The position numbers were made by a program, and so were the translations under genes. DNA of 64,000 bases from Nitrospirota bacterium (lineage in GTDB: Bacteria; Nitrospirota; UBA9217): NCBI GenBank assembly GCA_963751455.1, contig CAVVUN010000003.1, positions 352,001-416,000 of the forward strand. The letters run 5' to 3'. Of this stretch, positions 36,450-46,296 are shown piece by piece (within the stretch, counting starts at the first letter, position 1; every line of letters begins with the position of its first letter). Below the pieces are notes generated by a model that worked only from the letters and a program-made list of their open reading frames with translations, had not been told where the DNA came from and made no database searches.

Positions 36450-37031
36450 TTATAACTTCCCCGTCTTCTGATACTCCTGCACATAAACCTTGATGGCACG
36501 CAGTATAATCCAGTCCAGGGTCACGCTGTTATCGGATGCGATTTGAACGAGGGCGTCGATGGTCTCTTTGTCGATGGTGGGTTGAACTGTTGAGGATGAT
36601 TCCTCGGAAGAAGAGGGCGCCACTGCTTCCGGGCTCTCGACTGCGGCTTCGGGATTTCGTTTTTGATGCTCCTTACGAAGAAGTCCCATCAAACTCTGCA
36701 CGTCGCCGCCCATGATCGCTTGCCGCACATCTTCGGGAACTTCAATAGGCTTCTCATCCGGCTGTTGACGGGGCTCTCCTATCTTTGCTTCAGGCGACTT
36801 CATCCCCGGACCGATGCCGGGCATCATTCCGGTCATGCCCATCATCATACTTGCCAGGTTCCGGGCGTATTCGTTATCAGGCATCTCATCTTTCAGGAAT
36901 TGGTCCAGCTTTCCTTCTGCCGCAGCCTGTGCCATGCGGTCTGCAAGGAGTGATCCCTGTTCCTCTTCCTGCTCAAAATTATTCTTTCTTCCGAAGGCCT
37001 TGTTCGGCGGCTTGGGTAACGGTTTGTCCAT
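36450..37031 (-). CDS. Hypothetical protein
   Basis: 193 aa ORF, Met/Gly-rich segment, conserved-looking C-terminus WIILRAIKVYV. Confidence 0.7.
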   Translation of the reverse strand: MDKPLPKPPNKAFGRKNNFEQEEEQGSLLADRMAQAAAEGKLDQFLKDEMPDNEYARNLASMMMGMTGMMPGIGPGMKSPEAKIGEPRQQPDEKPIEVPEDVRQAIMGGDVQSLMGLLRKEHQKRNPEAAVESPEAVAPSSSEESSSTVQPTIDKETIDALVQIASDNSVTLDWIILRAIKVYVQEYQKTGKL

Positions 37032-37176
37032 AATAGAATTCCTTAATTAATGTATCTCACATACCCTGCTCTTTCGAAAACGCTGGCATAAACAAAGTCG
37101 TGAAACTAAAATATATTTGCTTTAATGTGTCTCTTCGTGCCTTTGTGGCTCCGTGTGAGCAATGCATTTCTATAAT

Positions 37177-37875
37177 TCACGTAAAGTACGCCGAAAAATA
37201 CGGCTTGATCGCCTGCAGCGAATCTTCTGCTGCAAGCGGCAGCATTGCCGCGAAGCAGTCGAGGTTTACGAGTGCGTTGATGTTTGCGTCTTTCTTTGCA
37301 GCGTCCCTCAGCCGGTTTGCAAAATCACGGTTTACGATGCTTACTTCCCCGTAGACCTTAAGAAGCCCGTCAAGCCCCCATTCAGCGGGTTTCCCATCGT
37401 GGTGGCGGTAATACTGCACCATAAGGTACATCGACACCATTCTGAAGATCGTCTCATCCAGGGACGCGAACGGGAGGTGGAACCTTACCATCGGCTTCAG
37501 GTGCTCCATGATCGGACATCCGCTCGTGGTCATGATAATACCGATCAGCGGGCTGAGGCCCTGCTGAATCGTTGTATCTTTAGTGTATGTCCGGTCTGCG
37601 GTAGTAACAGTGACCCCGACACTCTCATAAGAAAGCATGTCCTTGAACTGTTCCGCTATGTCCGCAAAATTCAGAGCTATCGGACAGTATGTACGGACTT
37701 GAGCGTCAAGCGGACAGTTTTCACATCGTTTATGGTTGAGCAGCGTCCAAACCGGCGGGTCCTGCTTCTTTTCGAGGATAAGGCCGAGCGTCTGATCGTC
37801 GAGCAGAAGATTAAAAGTGGTTATTGAACCGTTTTTGAACCTGTAAGAATAAATGATCTTTATAGGGTTCGTCAT
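37177..37875 (-). CDS. Conserved hypothetical Cys-containing protein (DUF6901-like)
   Basis: WTLL..KRCENCPL...CP; TSGCP...PMVRFHLPFAS. Confidence 0.75.
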   Translation of the reverse strand: MTNPIKIIYSYRFKNGSITTFNLLLDDQTLGLILEKKQDPPVWTLLNHKRCENCPLDAQVRTYCPIALNFADIAEQFKDMLSYESVGVTVTTADRTYTKDTTIQQGLSPLIGIIMTTSGCPIMEHLKPMVRFHLPFASLDETIFRMVSMYLMVQYYRHHDGKPAEWGLDGLLKVYGEVSIVNRDFANRLRDAAKKDANINALVNLDCFAAMLPLAAEDSLQAIKPYFSAYFT

Positions 37876-38082
37876 CAGACCTCCCGCTTTCCGTCTGATG
37901 TACAATATACCACGCTCGATATGTTGTCAACAGTCCATACCTCCCTGTCAGGCTGATGGTCAAAATGTTATTGCAGACATCGATAAGAACGGGTAAACTG
38001 CTGAACTTGGTACGGATAAATAGAGAACAGCCAGGTGTTCGTCCACGTGAAGCTTCACGATTCGTATTAAAAAGGAGAGAGA

Positions 38083-38511
38083 ATGGCACAGGCAAAACAG
38101 GGAGATACGGTCCAAGTGCATTATACGGGTAAACTGGAAGACGGCAAGGTTTTCGATACGTCACGAAACCGCCATCCGCTTCAGTTTATCATCGGCAACG
38201 GGCAGGTAATAGTCGGGTTCGAGCAGGCTGTGAGCGGCATGAATATCGGAGAATCGAAAACCACCAAGATCCCGATGGAGAAAGCATATGGACAGCGGCG
38301 TGATGATTTAATCATTACCATGAAGCGGGACCAGCTCCCCCTTGAGGCCGAGCCCAAAGTCGGCCAGCGACTCGAGTTCACGCAGCCCGACGATAAAGTC
38401 ATACTTGTAACCGTCACCGGCATAACGGAATCCACGCTCACGCTTGACGCTAATCATCCTCTGGCGGGAAAAGAGCTTACCTTCGATCTAGAGCTTGTCA
38501 ATATTTTATAA
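38083..38511 (+). CDS. FKBP-type peptidyl-prolyl isomerase (SlyD-like, no metal tail)
   Basis: VHYTGKLEDG.VFD, GFEQA, AYG, DANHPLAGKEL. Confidence 0.92.
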   Translation: MAQAKQGDTVQVHYTGKLEDGKVFDTSRNRHPLQFIIGNGQVIVGFEQAVSGMNIGESKTTKIPMEKAYGQRRDDLIITMKRDQLPLEAEPKVGQRLEFTQPDDKVILVTVTGITESTLTLDANHPLAGKELTFDLELVNIL

Positions 38512-38594
38512 CAAGAAAAGGATCCTGTCCTCCAAAGGCTGTCATGGAGTTCAAGATCCTTTTCTTTTTTCTCAAGAGACCTTTTCCTGCGCTG

Positions 38595-40268
38595 CTACCT
38601 CGCGAGCAATTTCCTCACATACAGCTGCTGCACAATCGACAGCAGGTTGCTCAGTGTGATATAGAGGAGCAGCCCCGCCGGCAGCCACGCAAAAAGAAAA
38701 ATAAAGGCAACGTTCATGAACATCATGATTTTGGCCTGCTGCGGGTCGGGAGTGGCCGAAGTCATCTTCATCGTGGCAATCATGCTGACTCCCATAAGAA
38801 CCGGCAGGATATAGAAGGGATCGTGAACGGAAAGGTCCTTTATCCAGAATGAAATGAACGGCGCCTGCCGAAGCTCGATCGAGACCGACAGTACGTTGTA
38901 GAGTGCGACGAAGAAGGGCAGCTGCAGAAGCATCGGAAGACAGCCGCCGAGCGGATTCACCTTGTGCTCCTTGTACATCTTCATCATCTCCTGGTTCATC
39001 CGCTGCGGATCTTTCTTGTATTTTTCGCGAAGAGCAGTGATCTGCGGCTGGATCTTCTTCATTTCCTCCATGGCTGTCGCGCTCTTCAGCGAAGGATAGA
39101 AAAGTAAAGCCCTAACCACAATGGTAAGAAGGATGATCGCAATGCCGTAGTTGCTCGTTATTCTGTAGAACTGCTGAAGCAGCCAGAACATCGGCTTCGC
39201 CAGTATTCCGAACCAGCCGTAGTCCACCATCTGCTCCAGTCCATGACCCTGCTCTTTGAGCAAAGTATAACTCTTCGGTCCTGCATAAAGCGCATAGGTA
39301 CGCGAATCCGTTTTTTCTTTTACCGTCAGACTCGTTGTAAGAAGGTCTCCGGTTTTCGCTGCTCCCGGTGTTTTTGTGCTGGTTAGTATTCCGGGGGTTC
39401 CATTGACCATCGTAGCGGTAAAGTACTTGTCCTCGTGCCCGAACCATCCTATCGTACCGGTGTATTGCGCCTCGCCCTTGATTTTATCCAGCTTGTCGGT
39501 CGTAACTTTTCCGTCCACGTTTGCTACCAGCCCCACGCGGCCGCTCGCGTCGCTGCTCAGCTTGTCCGCAATTCCGAAGTCCGTGCCGAGAAAAATATTG
39601 TACCCGTCAAGGGCTTTCGTGTTCACGGCAATGTCAACCTTGTAGTTGTTGTTGTGAAAAGTCAGTCGCTTTTCAATTGTGATTCCGCCCGGACCCGCAT
39701 ACGTCAAAACAAGAGTGTCCGTGGGCTTGTCCTTGCTGAGCCGGATGCCTTCCGAACTGGCACGGTATTCAACACGTGAAATCTTGTACAACGCCTTGTC
39801 AAGCGGAATAAGTGTCAGCGGTTCAACGATGTCTTTTCGGTCGATATTATATGCCGGTACGAGCTGCACGTTGCCAAGTTCCCGTTGCGGCTTCTCTTCC
39901 TTCGGCGCCTGTCCGGTTATCTTTTTATACGTCGCTATAAGACCGACCTCTTTTGTGTCCGCTTCGCGATGACCTTTCAGCTCTATCCCCGTGATCACGC
40001 CGCCTGCCGTATTGACCACAGCCTTCACGAGGTCTGTTTCAATGACAATCTCCCTGCCCTTTGCAGCCTGTTCAATCCTGGCCGCTGCCGCTTCCGGGGT
40101 AAGCGCCGGCTGCGAAGCCTGCTTTTCGGTCTTTTCGACCGCCTTTTCTTCCATGGGTGCCTCGGGAACCGGGCCTTTCACGGACGGCTCAGGAGCGAAG
40201 AAACGCACGTATACCAGGAATACTATCAACGACAGGGACAGTGCTAGAATAAAACGACGTGTTTCCAT
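38595..40268 (-). CDS. yidC: Membrane protein insertase YidC
   Basis: DYGWF, NYGIAII, VNPLGGCLP, ELRQAPF, PAGLLLY; synteny. Confidence 0.97.
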   Translation of the reverse strand: METRRFILALSLSLIVFLVYVRFFAPEPSVKGPVPEAPMEEKAVEKTEKQASQPALTPEAAAARIEQAAKGREIVIETDLVKAVVNTAGGVITGIELKGHREADTKEVGLIATYKKITGQAPKEEKPQRELGNVQLVPAYNIDRKDIVEPLTLIPLDKALYKISRVEYRASSEGIRLSKDKPTDTLVLTYAGPGGITIEKRLTFHNNNYKVDIAVNTKALDGYNIFLGTDFGIADKLSSDASGRVGLVANVDGKVTTDKLDKIKGEAQYTGTIGWFGHEDKYFTATMVNGTPGILTSTKTPGAAKTGDLLTTSLTVKEKTDSRTYALYAGPKSYTLLKEQGHGLEQMVDYGWFGILAKPMFWLLQQFYRITSNYGIAIILLTIVVRALLFYPSLKSATAMEEMKKIQPQITALREKYKKDPQRMNQEMMKMYKEHKVNPLGGCLPMLLQLPFFVALYNVLSVSIELRQAPFISFWIKDLSVHDPFYILPVLMGVSMIATMKMTSATPDPQQAKIMMFMNVAFIFLFAWLPAGLLLYITLSNLLSIVQQLYVRKLLAR

Positions 40269-40281
40269 TTAACCTCCGGGA

Positions 40282-40491
40282 TCAATGAACAGGGTCGTAT
40301 CCGCCGGGATGAAACGGATGACATTTGGCGACTCTGCGCACTGTCATCCAGATCGCTCTCAAAACGTTTTTTTTCGTGAAGGCCTCAATCGCATACTCTG
40401 AACAGGTCGGGGTAAACCGACAGGTCGGCGGGAAAACCGGAGACAGATAGCGACGGTACAGACCAATCGTGAAGATGAACGCTTTTTTCAT
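40282..40491 (-). CDS. yidD: Membrane protein insertion efficiency factor
   Basis: [22 protein letters not shown]. Confidence 0.95.
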   Translation of the reverse strand: MKKAFIFTIGLYRRYLSPVFPPTCRFTPTCSEYAIEAFTKKNVLRAIWMTVRRVAKCHPFHPGGYDPVH

Positions 40492-40856
40492 GATGCGGTG
40501 CCTTCCGGCTTCAGATTGCGAAGAGCGGTGCGCTGCAGAATTTTTTGGACGGTTTTCAAAATCTCTTCATAACCGGCGGAGGAAATTTCGCGCCGTGCGA
40601 CAAAGACGAGGTCATACCCTGACGAATAACCTTGTAAAACTTTCATGATGCAGGCCCGGATGCGGCGCCTCAGCCGGTTTCTCCCGACTGCATTTGCCAG
40701 CTTCTTGCTGACCGATATTCCGACCCTGAAATTTCCTGTGTCGTTCTGCGCATAAAACAGAGAAAGACCGTCAACCGACAGTCTTTTTCCTTTCATGACA
40801 GAGACAAATTGCTTGTTTGTTCGTATGCGCTCGCTTTTTCGATATGCGTACGGCAT
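40488..40856 (-). CDS. rnpA: RNase P protein component
   Basis: [17 protein letters not shown]; synteny. Confidence 0.93.
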   Translation of the reverse strand: MPYAYRKSERIRTNKQFVSVMKGKRLSVDGLSLFYAQNDTGNFRVGISVSKKLANAVGRNRLRRRIRACIMKVLQGYSSGYDLVFVARREISSAGYEEILKTVQKILQRTALRNLKPEGTAS

Positions 40857-40874
40857 GCGCGTTGGGCAGTCGAT

Positions 40875-41012
40875 TTATACCGCGAGCCGTTTTCTTCCTT
40901 TTGCCCTGCGGCGGTTAATCGCCTTTCTGCCGCCCGCGGTCTCCATCCTCGATCTGAAACCCTGCGATCTTTTCTGTTTGAGATTGCTCTTTTGCGCTGT
41001 TGTTTCGGACAT
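40875..41012 (-). CDS. rpmH: 50S ribosomal protein L34 (not in ORF track)
   Basis: [45 protein letters not shown] upstream of rnpA. Confidence 0.92.
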   Translation of the reverse strand: MSETTAQKSNLKQKRSQGFRSRMETAGGRKAINRRRAKGRKRLAV

Positions 41013-41139
41013 CACCCTGCTCCTTCGCGTTTTTGAATAGGGGGGTATTATAAGACAAAACGCAAATATGTCAAGCGAAAAACGAGCCTTCTTCGAAGGT
41101 TACAGAATGAAGAGAATTTCTCATCGGCGGGGAGAAGGA

Positions 41140-41169
41140 CAGGACCCCGGGAGGCTTCCCGGGGTCCTG
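41140..41169. terminator. GC-rich hairpin downstream of the SRPBCC gene
   Basis: caggaccccggga-ggct-tcccggggtcctg. Confidence 0.5.
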
Positions 41170-41198
41170 CACGCACGGTTCACTAGTAAAACACGATG

Positions 41199-41891
41199 CT
41201 ACGCTGCTCGCATCATCTCTCCGGACTCAATCATGTTCTTGAACTGACGCAGTTCTTTTTTCAGCTGTTTTTCTGTTATATATTGGAACAGTTTTGAGGT
41301 TGCTCCTATGGCGCCCGGGACCGCATAGCTGGCCTTGAAAAACAGTTCCGTGCCGCCGGGAACTCTCTTGAATTCGACACTGCCCTGGTTCTGCACTTCG
41401 GCGCTGGGAAGGGAATGCCAGCTGATCAACTGGTTCGGAATGTCCTCGATCATATCCGCATCCCATTCGAAACTGAATCCGCCCGGCACGCTGGCTACCC
41501 AGTGAGACCGGCGGCTGTCGAGAACTTTTACTGATTCAAGATGCTCCATGAAGCGCGGCAGGTTCTCGAAGTTATGCCAGAAGCGATATACCTCTTCGGG
41601 GCTCCGATTTATGATAATACTCGTTTCTACATCCACGCTGCTCACCATTGTGCTTGTGTCCATACCCATTGCCTGGTAAAGCGGGTCGTAACCTGTCGTC
41701 CCCCTGTAGAACAGATAGCCGCCTATGATAGAGAGAGCGGCCTTGGCCTGCACGGTATCTTGAGTCAGGCCGTACAGGGCGAGCGCACTGCCCCCCAAAA
41801 TTGAAGCCCAACGCTCGGCTTTTCCGACATTGATGTTGTTTGTCGAACCCTTCATTCCTTTGAGGATATCTGATTTTGTACTGACTGGCAT
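41199..41891 (-). CDS. SRPBCC/polyketide cyclase-family protein with N-terminal membrane domain
   Basis: NVGKAERWAS; EVYRFWHNFENLPRFMEHLESV, SHW, ISWHS. Confidence 0.85.
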   Translation of the reverse strand: MPVSTKSDILKGMKGSTNNINVGKAERWASILGGSALALYGLTQDTVQAKAALSIIGGYLFYRGTTGYDPLYQAMGMDTSTMVSSVDVETSIIINRSPEEVYRFWHNFENLPRFMEHLESVKVLDSRRSHWVASVPGGFSFEWDADMIEDIPNQLISWHSLPSAEVQNQGSVEFKRVPGGTELFFKASYAVPGAIGATSKLFQYITEKQLKKELRQFKNMIESGEMMRAA

Positions 41892-42137
41892 GATTGGTTT
41901 CCTCCTTTTGCTTGTCTCTGAAATTCTTTTGGAGGCCCGCGGCCTCCTATTCAAATTCTAGCATCATCTTACAGGATTTTTTTTCTTATTGAAAACATGT
42001 GAGACTAAAGGCAGCCAGCGAGCATCCAATTGATAACAAAGACACGGCATTTTTCTCGTCCTTTGACTTTTAAAATATAATTTGGTAGTCTGCGTCCAGT
42101 AAAAAGACATTAAACCAGTGCCGATAAAGTTTTTGAA

Positions 42138-42578
42138 ATGAAAAAAGGGGTCGATTTCATAGGTGTAGGAACAGGTGCTGTTATCCTTAACGGAGACGGC
42201 AAGGTGTTCCTCGCCCTACGGGGGAGGGAAGCGCGCAATGAATCCGGCAAATGGGAATTCCCCGGCGGCTGCGTCGAGTTCGGAGAAACGCTCGAACATG
42301 CACTTGCTCGCGAGGTCATGGAAGAATACGGCTTCGAGATCGAAGTGTTGGAGCTTCTCGACGTAGTAAATCACATCATCCCGGCAGAAAAACAGCATTG
42401 GATCTCGCCAACCTTTCTGTGCCGATTCAGGGGCGGAACAGCTGTTATAAAAGAGCCTCACAAGTGCGATAAAATCGGATGGTTCAGGCTTGATGAGATA
42501 CCTGAACAGCACCTTACAATTGCTTCTAAGAAAAGCCTGGAAAGCCTGAGAAAAATACGAGCTCATCGAGAGGAGTAA
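42138..42578 (+). CDS. NUDIX hydrolase
   Basis: Nudix box GGCVEFGETLEHALAREVMEEYG. Confidence 0.92.
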   Translation: MKKGVDFIGVGTGAVILNGDGKVFLALRGREARNESGKWEFPGGCVEFGETLEHALAREVMEEYGFEIEVLELLDVVNHIIPAEKQHWISPTFLCRFRGGTAVIKEPHKCDKIGWFRLDEIPEQHLTIASKKSLESLRKIRAHREE

Positions 42579-42580
42579 AA

Positions 42581-43282
42581 GTGAAGGGAAAGTCAAAAAG
42601 GCAAGGAGACAAGATGTCTTCCCTTTATCCGGTCAATGCCCTGCTTATTCTGGGGCCTACCGGTTCTGGGAAAAGCCCTCTCGGTGAATTGATAGCCACA
42701 CGCGGTTTTCTCGGAAGACGCTCGCATCACCTGGATTTCGGATCGGAACTTCGCTCAATCTCTTCCGGGATTGGCGCTGATTCGTACTCCCGGTCTGAAA
42801 GGGATTTTATACTCGGCGTTCTGGAAAGCGGTCTACTCCTGGAAAACGAGCACTTCCGCCTTGCGAGAAAGATCATAGAGTTGTTTCTTGAGCGCTCTCG
42901 TTTCCGTCCGGGAGACGCTCTCCTTCTGAACGGGATACCGCGGCACACCGGCCAGGCGCGCGACATCGCGGCTATTGCGAACGTTCAGGCAGTCATTGTC
43001 CTTAACTGCTCCATTGACTCAATTATTATAAGAATAGAGGAAAATACAGGCGGTGACAGGCTCGGACGGAATGATGATACACGGCAGTTGGTCCAGAAAA
43101 AACTTGATATCTACCGGGAGCGGACCGCGCCCCTGGTGGAACACTATGCGGCAGGCGGATGTCGTATCTATCACATCGATATCAATGAGAGAACCTCATC
43201 AGGATCAGCGTATCACACGCTTTCATCGCTTGCCGCCGCTGACCCACCAATCGCCTTTGTCGCTGAACCACCACAGCGATGA
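42581..43282 (+). CDS. Adenylate-kinase-like P-loop protein
   Basis: GPTGSGKS, LNGIPR, RNDD...YRERTAPL. Confidence 0.8.
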   Translation: MKGKSKRQGDKMSSLYPVNALLILGPTGSGKSPLGELIATRGFLGRRSHHLDFGSELRSISSGIGADSYSRSERDFILGVLESGLLLENEHFRLARKIIELFLERSRFRPGDALLLNGIPRHTGQARDIAAIANVQAVIVLNCSIDSIIIRIEENTGGDRLGRNDDTRQLVQKKLDIYRERTAPLVEHYAAGGCRIYHIDINERTSSGSAYHTLSSLAAADPPIAFVAEPPQR

Positions 43283-43798
43283 ATCTGTTTCGAGAATTGT
43301 CTTTGCAAGCTGTTTTGCCGAATCCGTCACAAGCCGTCTTAGTGAGAACTCAAGCCATTCGTCGGCATATTTGTTTCCCAGGTCTTTGTATTCCTTGAGT
43401 GCCAAAATCATCTCGAGCTGATCCGCATCCCGGGCCAGTTTCGACTCTTCGGTGTTTCCTTCGGTGAATTCGAGAATGAGTTTCTTTATCTCTTCTCCGA
43501 ACGGCAGTGTTTGTGCGAGATCATCCACGGCTTTTTTCTCATGCGCTTCGACGTATTTCTTGTTTACATAGTTAAGATCACCGGTCCGCGCCTCCGGCAG
43601 ATCGTGAAAAAGACACATTTTGAGTATTCTGTCGACGTCTATGCCTGCAGCCATCTTACCAAGCGTATAGCCGATATAGGTTGTTCGAAAAATATGGTCC
43701 GCAACCGATTCCACGCCAGACCCAAGAAACTGAAACCCGCTTCGGGGCGTCCGTTTCAACATGCCCGCCTCAAATAAGAAATTAGCAATGTTTTTCAT
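43223..43798 (-). CDS. HD-domain hydrolase (YfbR-like)
   Basis: LKRTPRSG, ESVADH, FHDLPEARTGD, DADQLE. Confidence 0.88.
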   Translation of the reverse strand: MKNIANFLFEAGMLKRTPRSGFQFLGSGVESVADHIFRTTYIGYTLGKMAAGIDVDRILKMCLFHDLPEARTGDLNYVNKKYVEAHEKKAVDDLAQTLPFGEEIKKLILEFTEGNTEESKLARDADQLEMILALKEYKDLGNKYADEWLEFSLRRLVTDSAKQLAKTILETDSSLWWFSDKGDWWVSGGKR

Positions 43799-43869
43799 GA
43801 CAGTCTTGAACTCTTCTCTAATTTTTTTTATTTTTAAAATTAATCACAAAAGATATTTTGCTATTTCCT

Positions 43870-44112
43870 GACCGATATCCACAAGCCGGCAGTTGTCTTA
43901 TTACTAAAGACTGTATATATAAATAATTAGTAGTAGTAGTAATATAGTGTGTGAAAATGTTGGAACTCCGATCAATGCTTTGAAAAGGATATAAAAAATG
44001 TAAGCATTAAGCTGTAGAAACAGATGTGAGTTTTTGAAGAAACAGGTGTTGATATCCTTGCCGGCCGAAATGTTCACAGGTTATCCAGCGACAACCCACA
44101 CAGATCTGTGCA
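43870..44112. other. Candidate oriC unwinding region (DnaA boxes, AT-rich DUE, DnaA-trios)
   Basis: atatccaca 43875; AT-rich 43911..43947 with TAGTAGTAGTAGTAA (43928..43942) next to box-like tgtgaaaat; further degenerate boxes to ~44112. Confidence 0.6.
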
Positions 44113-44466
44113 TTAACCAGGAGGCCAGGAAAATCTACGGCCGGAAAGAATATGAAGATGAATGTGAAATACTGTCTGGCCCGCGTCTGCGCCGTTATTG
44201 ATGACGAGCCGGTACCCGTTCGTATCGAGTCCTTTTTGATGTACAATCTTTTTCGCCGCTAAAAAGAGGTGCCCGATGAGATCCTTGTCGGTTTCTGCCA
44301 TGCTGTGAATGTCAGAAATGTGTTTTTTTGGAACGACGAGAATGTGGACCGGCGCCTGCGGCTTCACATCCTGAAACGCTGTTGCGAGATGGTCCTCATA
44401 CACGATTACGGAGGGAACTTCTTTTTTGATAATCTTACAGAAAAGGCATTTAGAATCAGAACTCAC
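44113..44466 (-). CDS. Histidine triad nucleotide-binding protein
   Basis: [28 protein letters not shown]. Confidence 0.95.
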   Translation of the reverse strand: MSSDSKCLFCKIIKKEVPSVIVYEDHLATAFQDVKPQAPVHILVVPKKHISDIHSMAETDKDLIGHLFLAAKKIVHQKGLDTNGYRLVINNGADAGQTVFHIHLHILSGRRFSWPPG

Positions 44467-44804
44467 TTATTCCCCCCCTGGTCTTTCTGAAAGCTTCTGA
44501 AAAAGCAGCTCCGATTTCCGGTGTGGCATGCCGGCCCGGTTTGTTCCACTTTGATCAGGAGCGTGTCCAGGTCGCAGTCGTACAGGATCTCTTGAACACG
44601 CTGAATGTGTCCCGACGTCTCTCCCTTTTGCCAGTATTTCTGGCGAGACCGGCTCCAGAACCAGGTGAGCCCGCTCTCTACGGTTTTGCGCACTGATTCT
44701 GCGTTCATGTAGGCGACCATGAGGACTTCGTTAGTGCGCCAGTCCTGAATAACAGCCGGGATAAGACCCTTCTCGTCGAATTTAAGCTTTTCGGGAATAA
44801 TCAT
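44463..44804 (-). CDS. hisI: Phosphoribosyl-AMP cyclohydrolase
   Basis: [36 protein letters not shown]. Confidence 0.95.
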   Translation of the reverse strand: MIIPEKLKFDEKGLIPAVIQDWRTNEVLMVAYMNAESVRKTVESGLTWFWSRSRQKYWQKGETSGHIQRVQEILYDCDLDTLLIKVEQTGPACHTGNRSCFFRSFQKDQGGNK

Positions 44805-45106
44805 AATTGATCCGATTTTTATCATAAATCGAAATAAAAGTCCAGAACCTTGCTGCTCGTCCAAAACGGAAAGAGCGAGGCTGTTTCAGCAAGAAATATT
44901 GATACATTCAAAAAAACGAAATTCACCCGAGACGCTGAGACACAGAGAAAAAAAGACCTTAAAGATGTCGTTTCCTACGCGCCCAGTGTGACACTGCGGT
45001 TAATCCGGCTTTTACGAGTCGAGCAAATATTTCTTTTACGAAAATGCGCCAAAAAAAACCGGCCTCTCTATGAGGACCGGTTATTATTAAACCTCGCTAT
45101 GTCAGT

Positions 45107-45580
45107 TTAGACAAAAAGATTAATTTGAGAATCCGATGCGGCGTCGAGCCAGGTCGCGGCCCCGCCGAACTCAACTCCATCGATAATGTCCTCGTGTTTG
45201 ATGCCCATTACATCCATCGTCATTTGACAACCGATAAGCTTTACTCCGCTCTCCCTGGCAATGCCGAGCAGCTGTCCTATGGTTGCTACGCCGTGCTTCT
45301 TGAACATCGATTTCATCATGCCGGTTGCCATGGCCTCCATGCCTGGCATGGACGCTATGAGCGTCGGGATAGGAACCGGCATAGGCATGGCCGGGTTTCC
45401 CAAAGGAGAAATTTTCAGTTTCTCCGCGTTCTCTTTTTTTATGATTTCGAGCCCATAGAATGTGAAAAAGATGGTTACATCAACATCCATGGCCGCAGCG
45501 GTAGTCGCAAGGATCAGGGGCGGATACGCCATGTCGAGCGATCCCTTGGATGCGATAATCGTCATTTTTTTCTGTGCCAT
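45107..45580 (-). CDS. DsrE/DsrF/DrsH-like (DsrE2) sulfur-relay protein
   Basis: AYPPLILATTAAA, FFTFYGL, GCQMTMDVMG. Confidence 0.88.
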   Translation of the reverse strand: MAQKKMTIIASKGSLDMAYPPLILATTAAAMDVDVTIFFTFYGLEIIKKENAEKLKISPLGNPAMPMPVPIPTLIASMPGMEAMATGMMKSMFKKHGVATIGQLLGIARESGVKLIGCQMTMDVMGIKHEDIIDGVEFGGAATWLDAASDSQINLFV

Positions 45581-45591
45581 CGGATACCTCC

Positions 45592-45849
45592 CTAGGCTGT
45601 TTTCCTGATATAAAACGAGAACGAGCCAGACCCCTCTTCAACCTTTACGAGTTCATTACCCGTTCTTTTTGCCCAGGACGCCATATCGTTTTTGGATCCA
45701 GGGTCGGTTGTCTCAACTTTTAAAATCTGGTCCTTGGACAGGGCTTCGACGGCTTTTTTGGTTCTCAAAATGGGCAATGGACAGTTTAAACCCTTAGCAT
45801 CCAGTACCTGATCCGGTTTAATATCGACAGACATGTTTTTCACCTCCAT
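45592..45849 (-). CDS. tusA: TusA-family sulfurtransferase
   Basis: LDAKGLNCPLP, TDPGS. Confidence 0.9.
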   Translation of the reverse strand: MEVKNMSVDIKPDQVLDAKGLNCPLPILRTKKAVEALSKDQILKVETTDPGSKNDMASWAKRTGNELVKVEEGSGSFSFYIRKTA

Positions 45850-46239
45850 TTTTTATAATGAAACAGCTGTTTGATAATATCAATGAATAGTTTCGAAGTC
45901 AAGCAATTTTTTACATAACAATTTAACACATATAAATCAATTACATACATACGTGAAAAAAATATTGTTATTATCTGCCAAATAGAAGCTATATTAAACG
46001 CTGTTTAATCAGGACGCTGGAGACGCACGGAAAAATACCTTGCCTCGAAGACGGGGTTCTGATATAGTCAGTTCTCGCTGACCGCTGCGAAACGTCCTCG
46101 TCACACTATATTTTGCAATATGCATGCTAGGCATAGTCCGTTATGGCCATACAAAATCACGCAAAATAAAGGGTTCAAAAAGCGGACTATAAGCCTCCGA
46201 GCGAGAACCAAACATTCCGAAATATAAGAGGAAATATCG

Positions 46240-46259
46240 TTGTCCACAGGTGTGGATAA
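46240..46259. promoter_or_regulatory. Two inverted DnaA boxes upstream of dnaA
   Basis: TTGTCCACA (46240) and TGTGGATAA (46251). Confidence 0.8.
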
Positions 46260-46296
46260 GCATGTTTGTAACCAGGACTATTTTTGGGGTTTTTTT

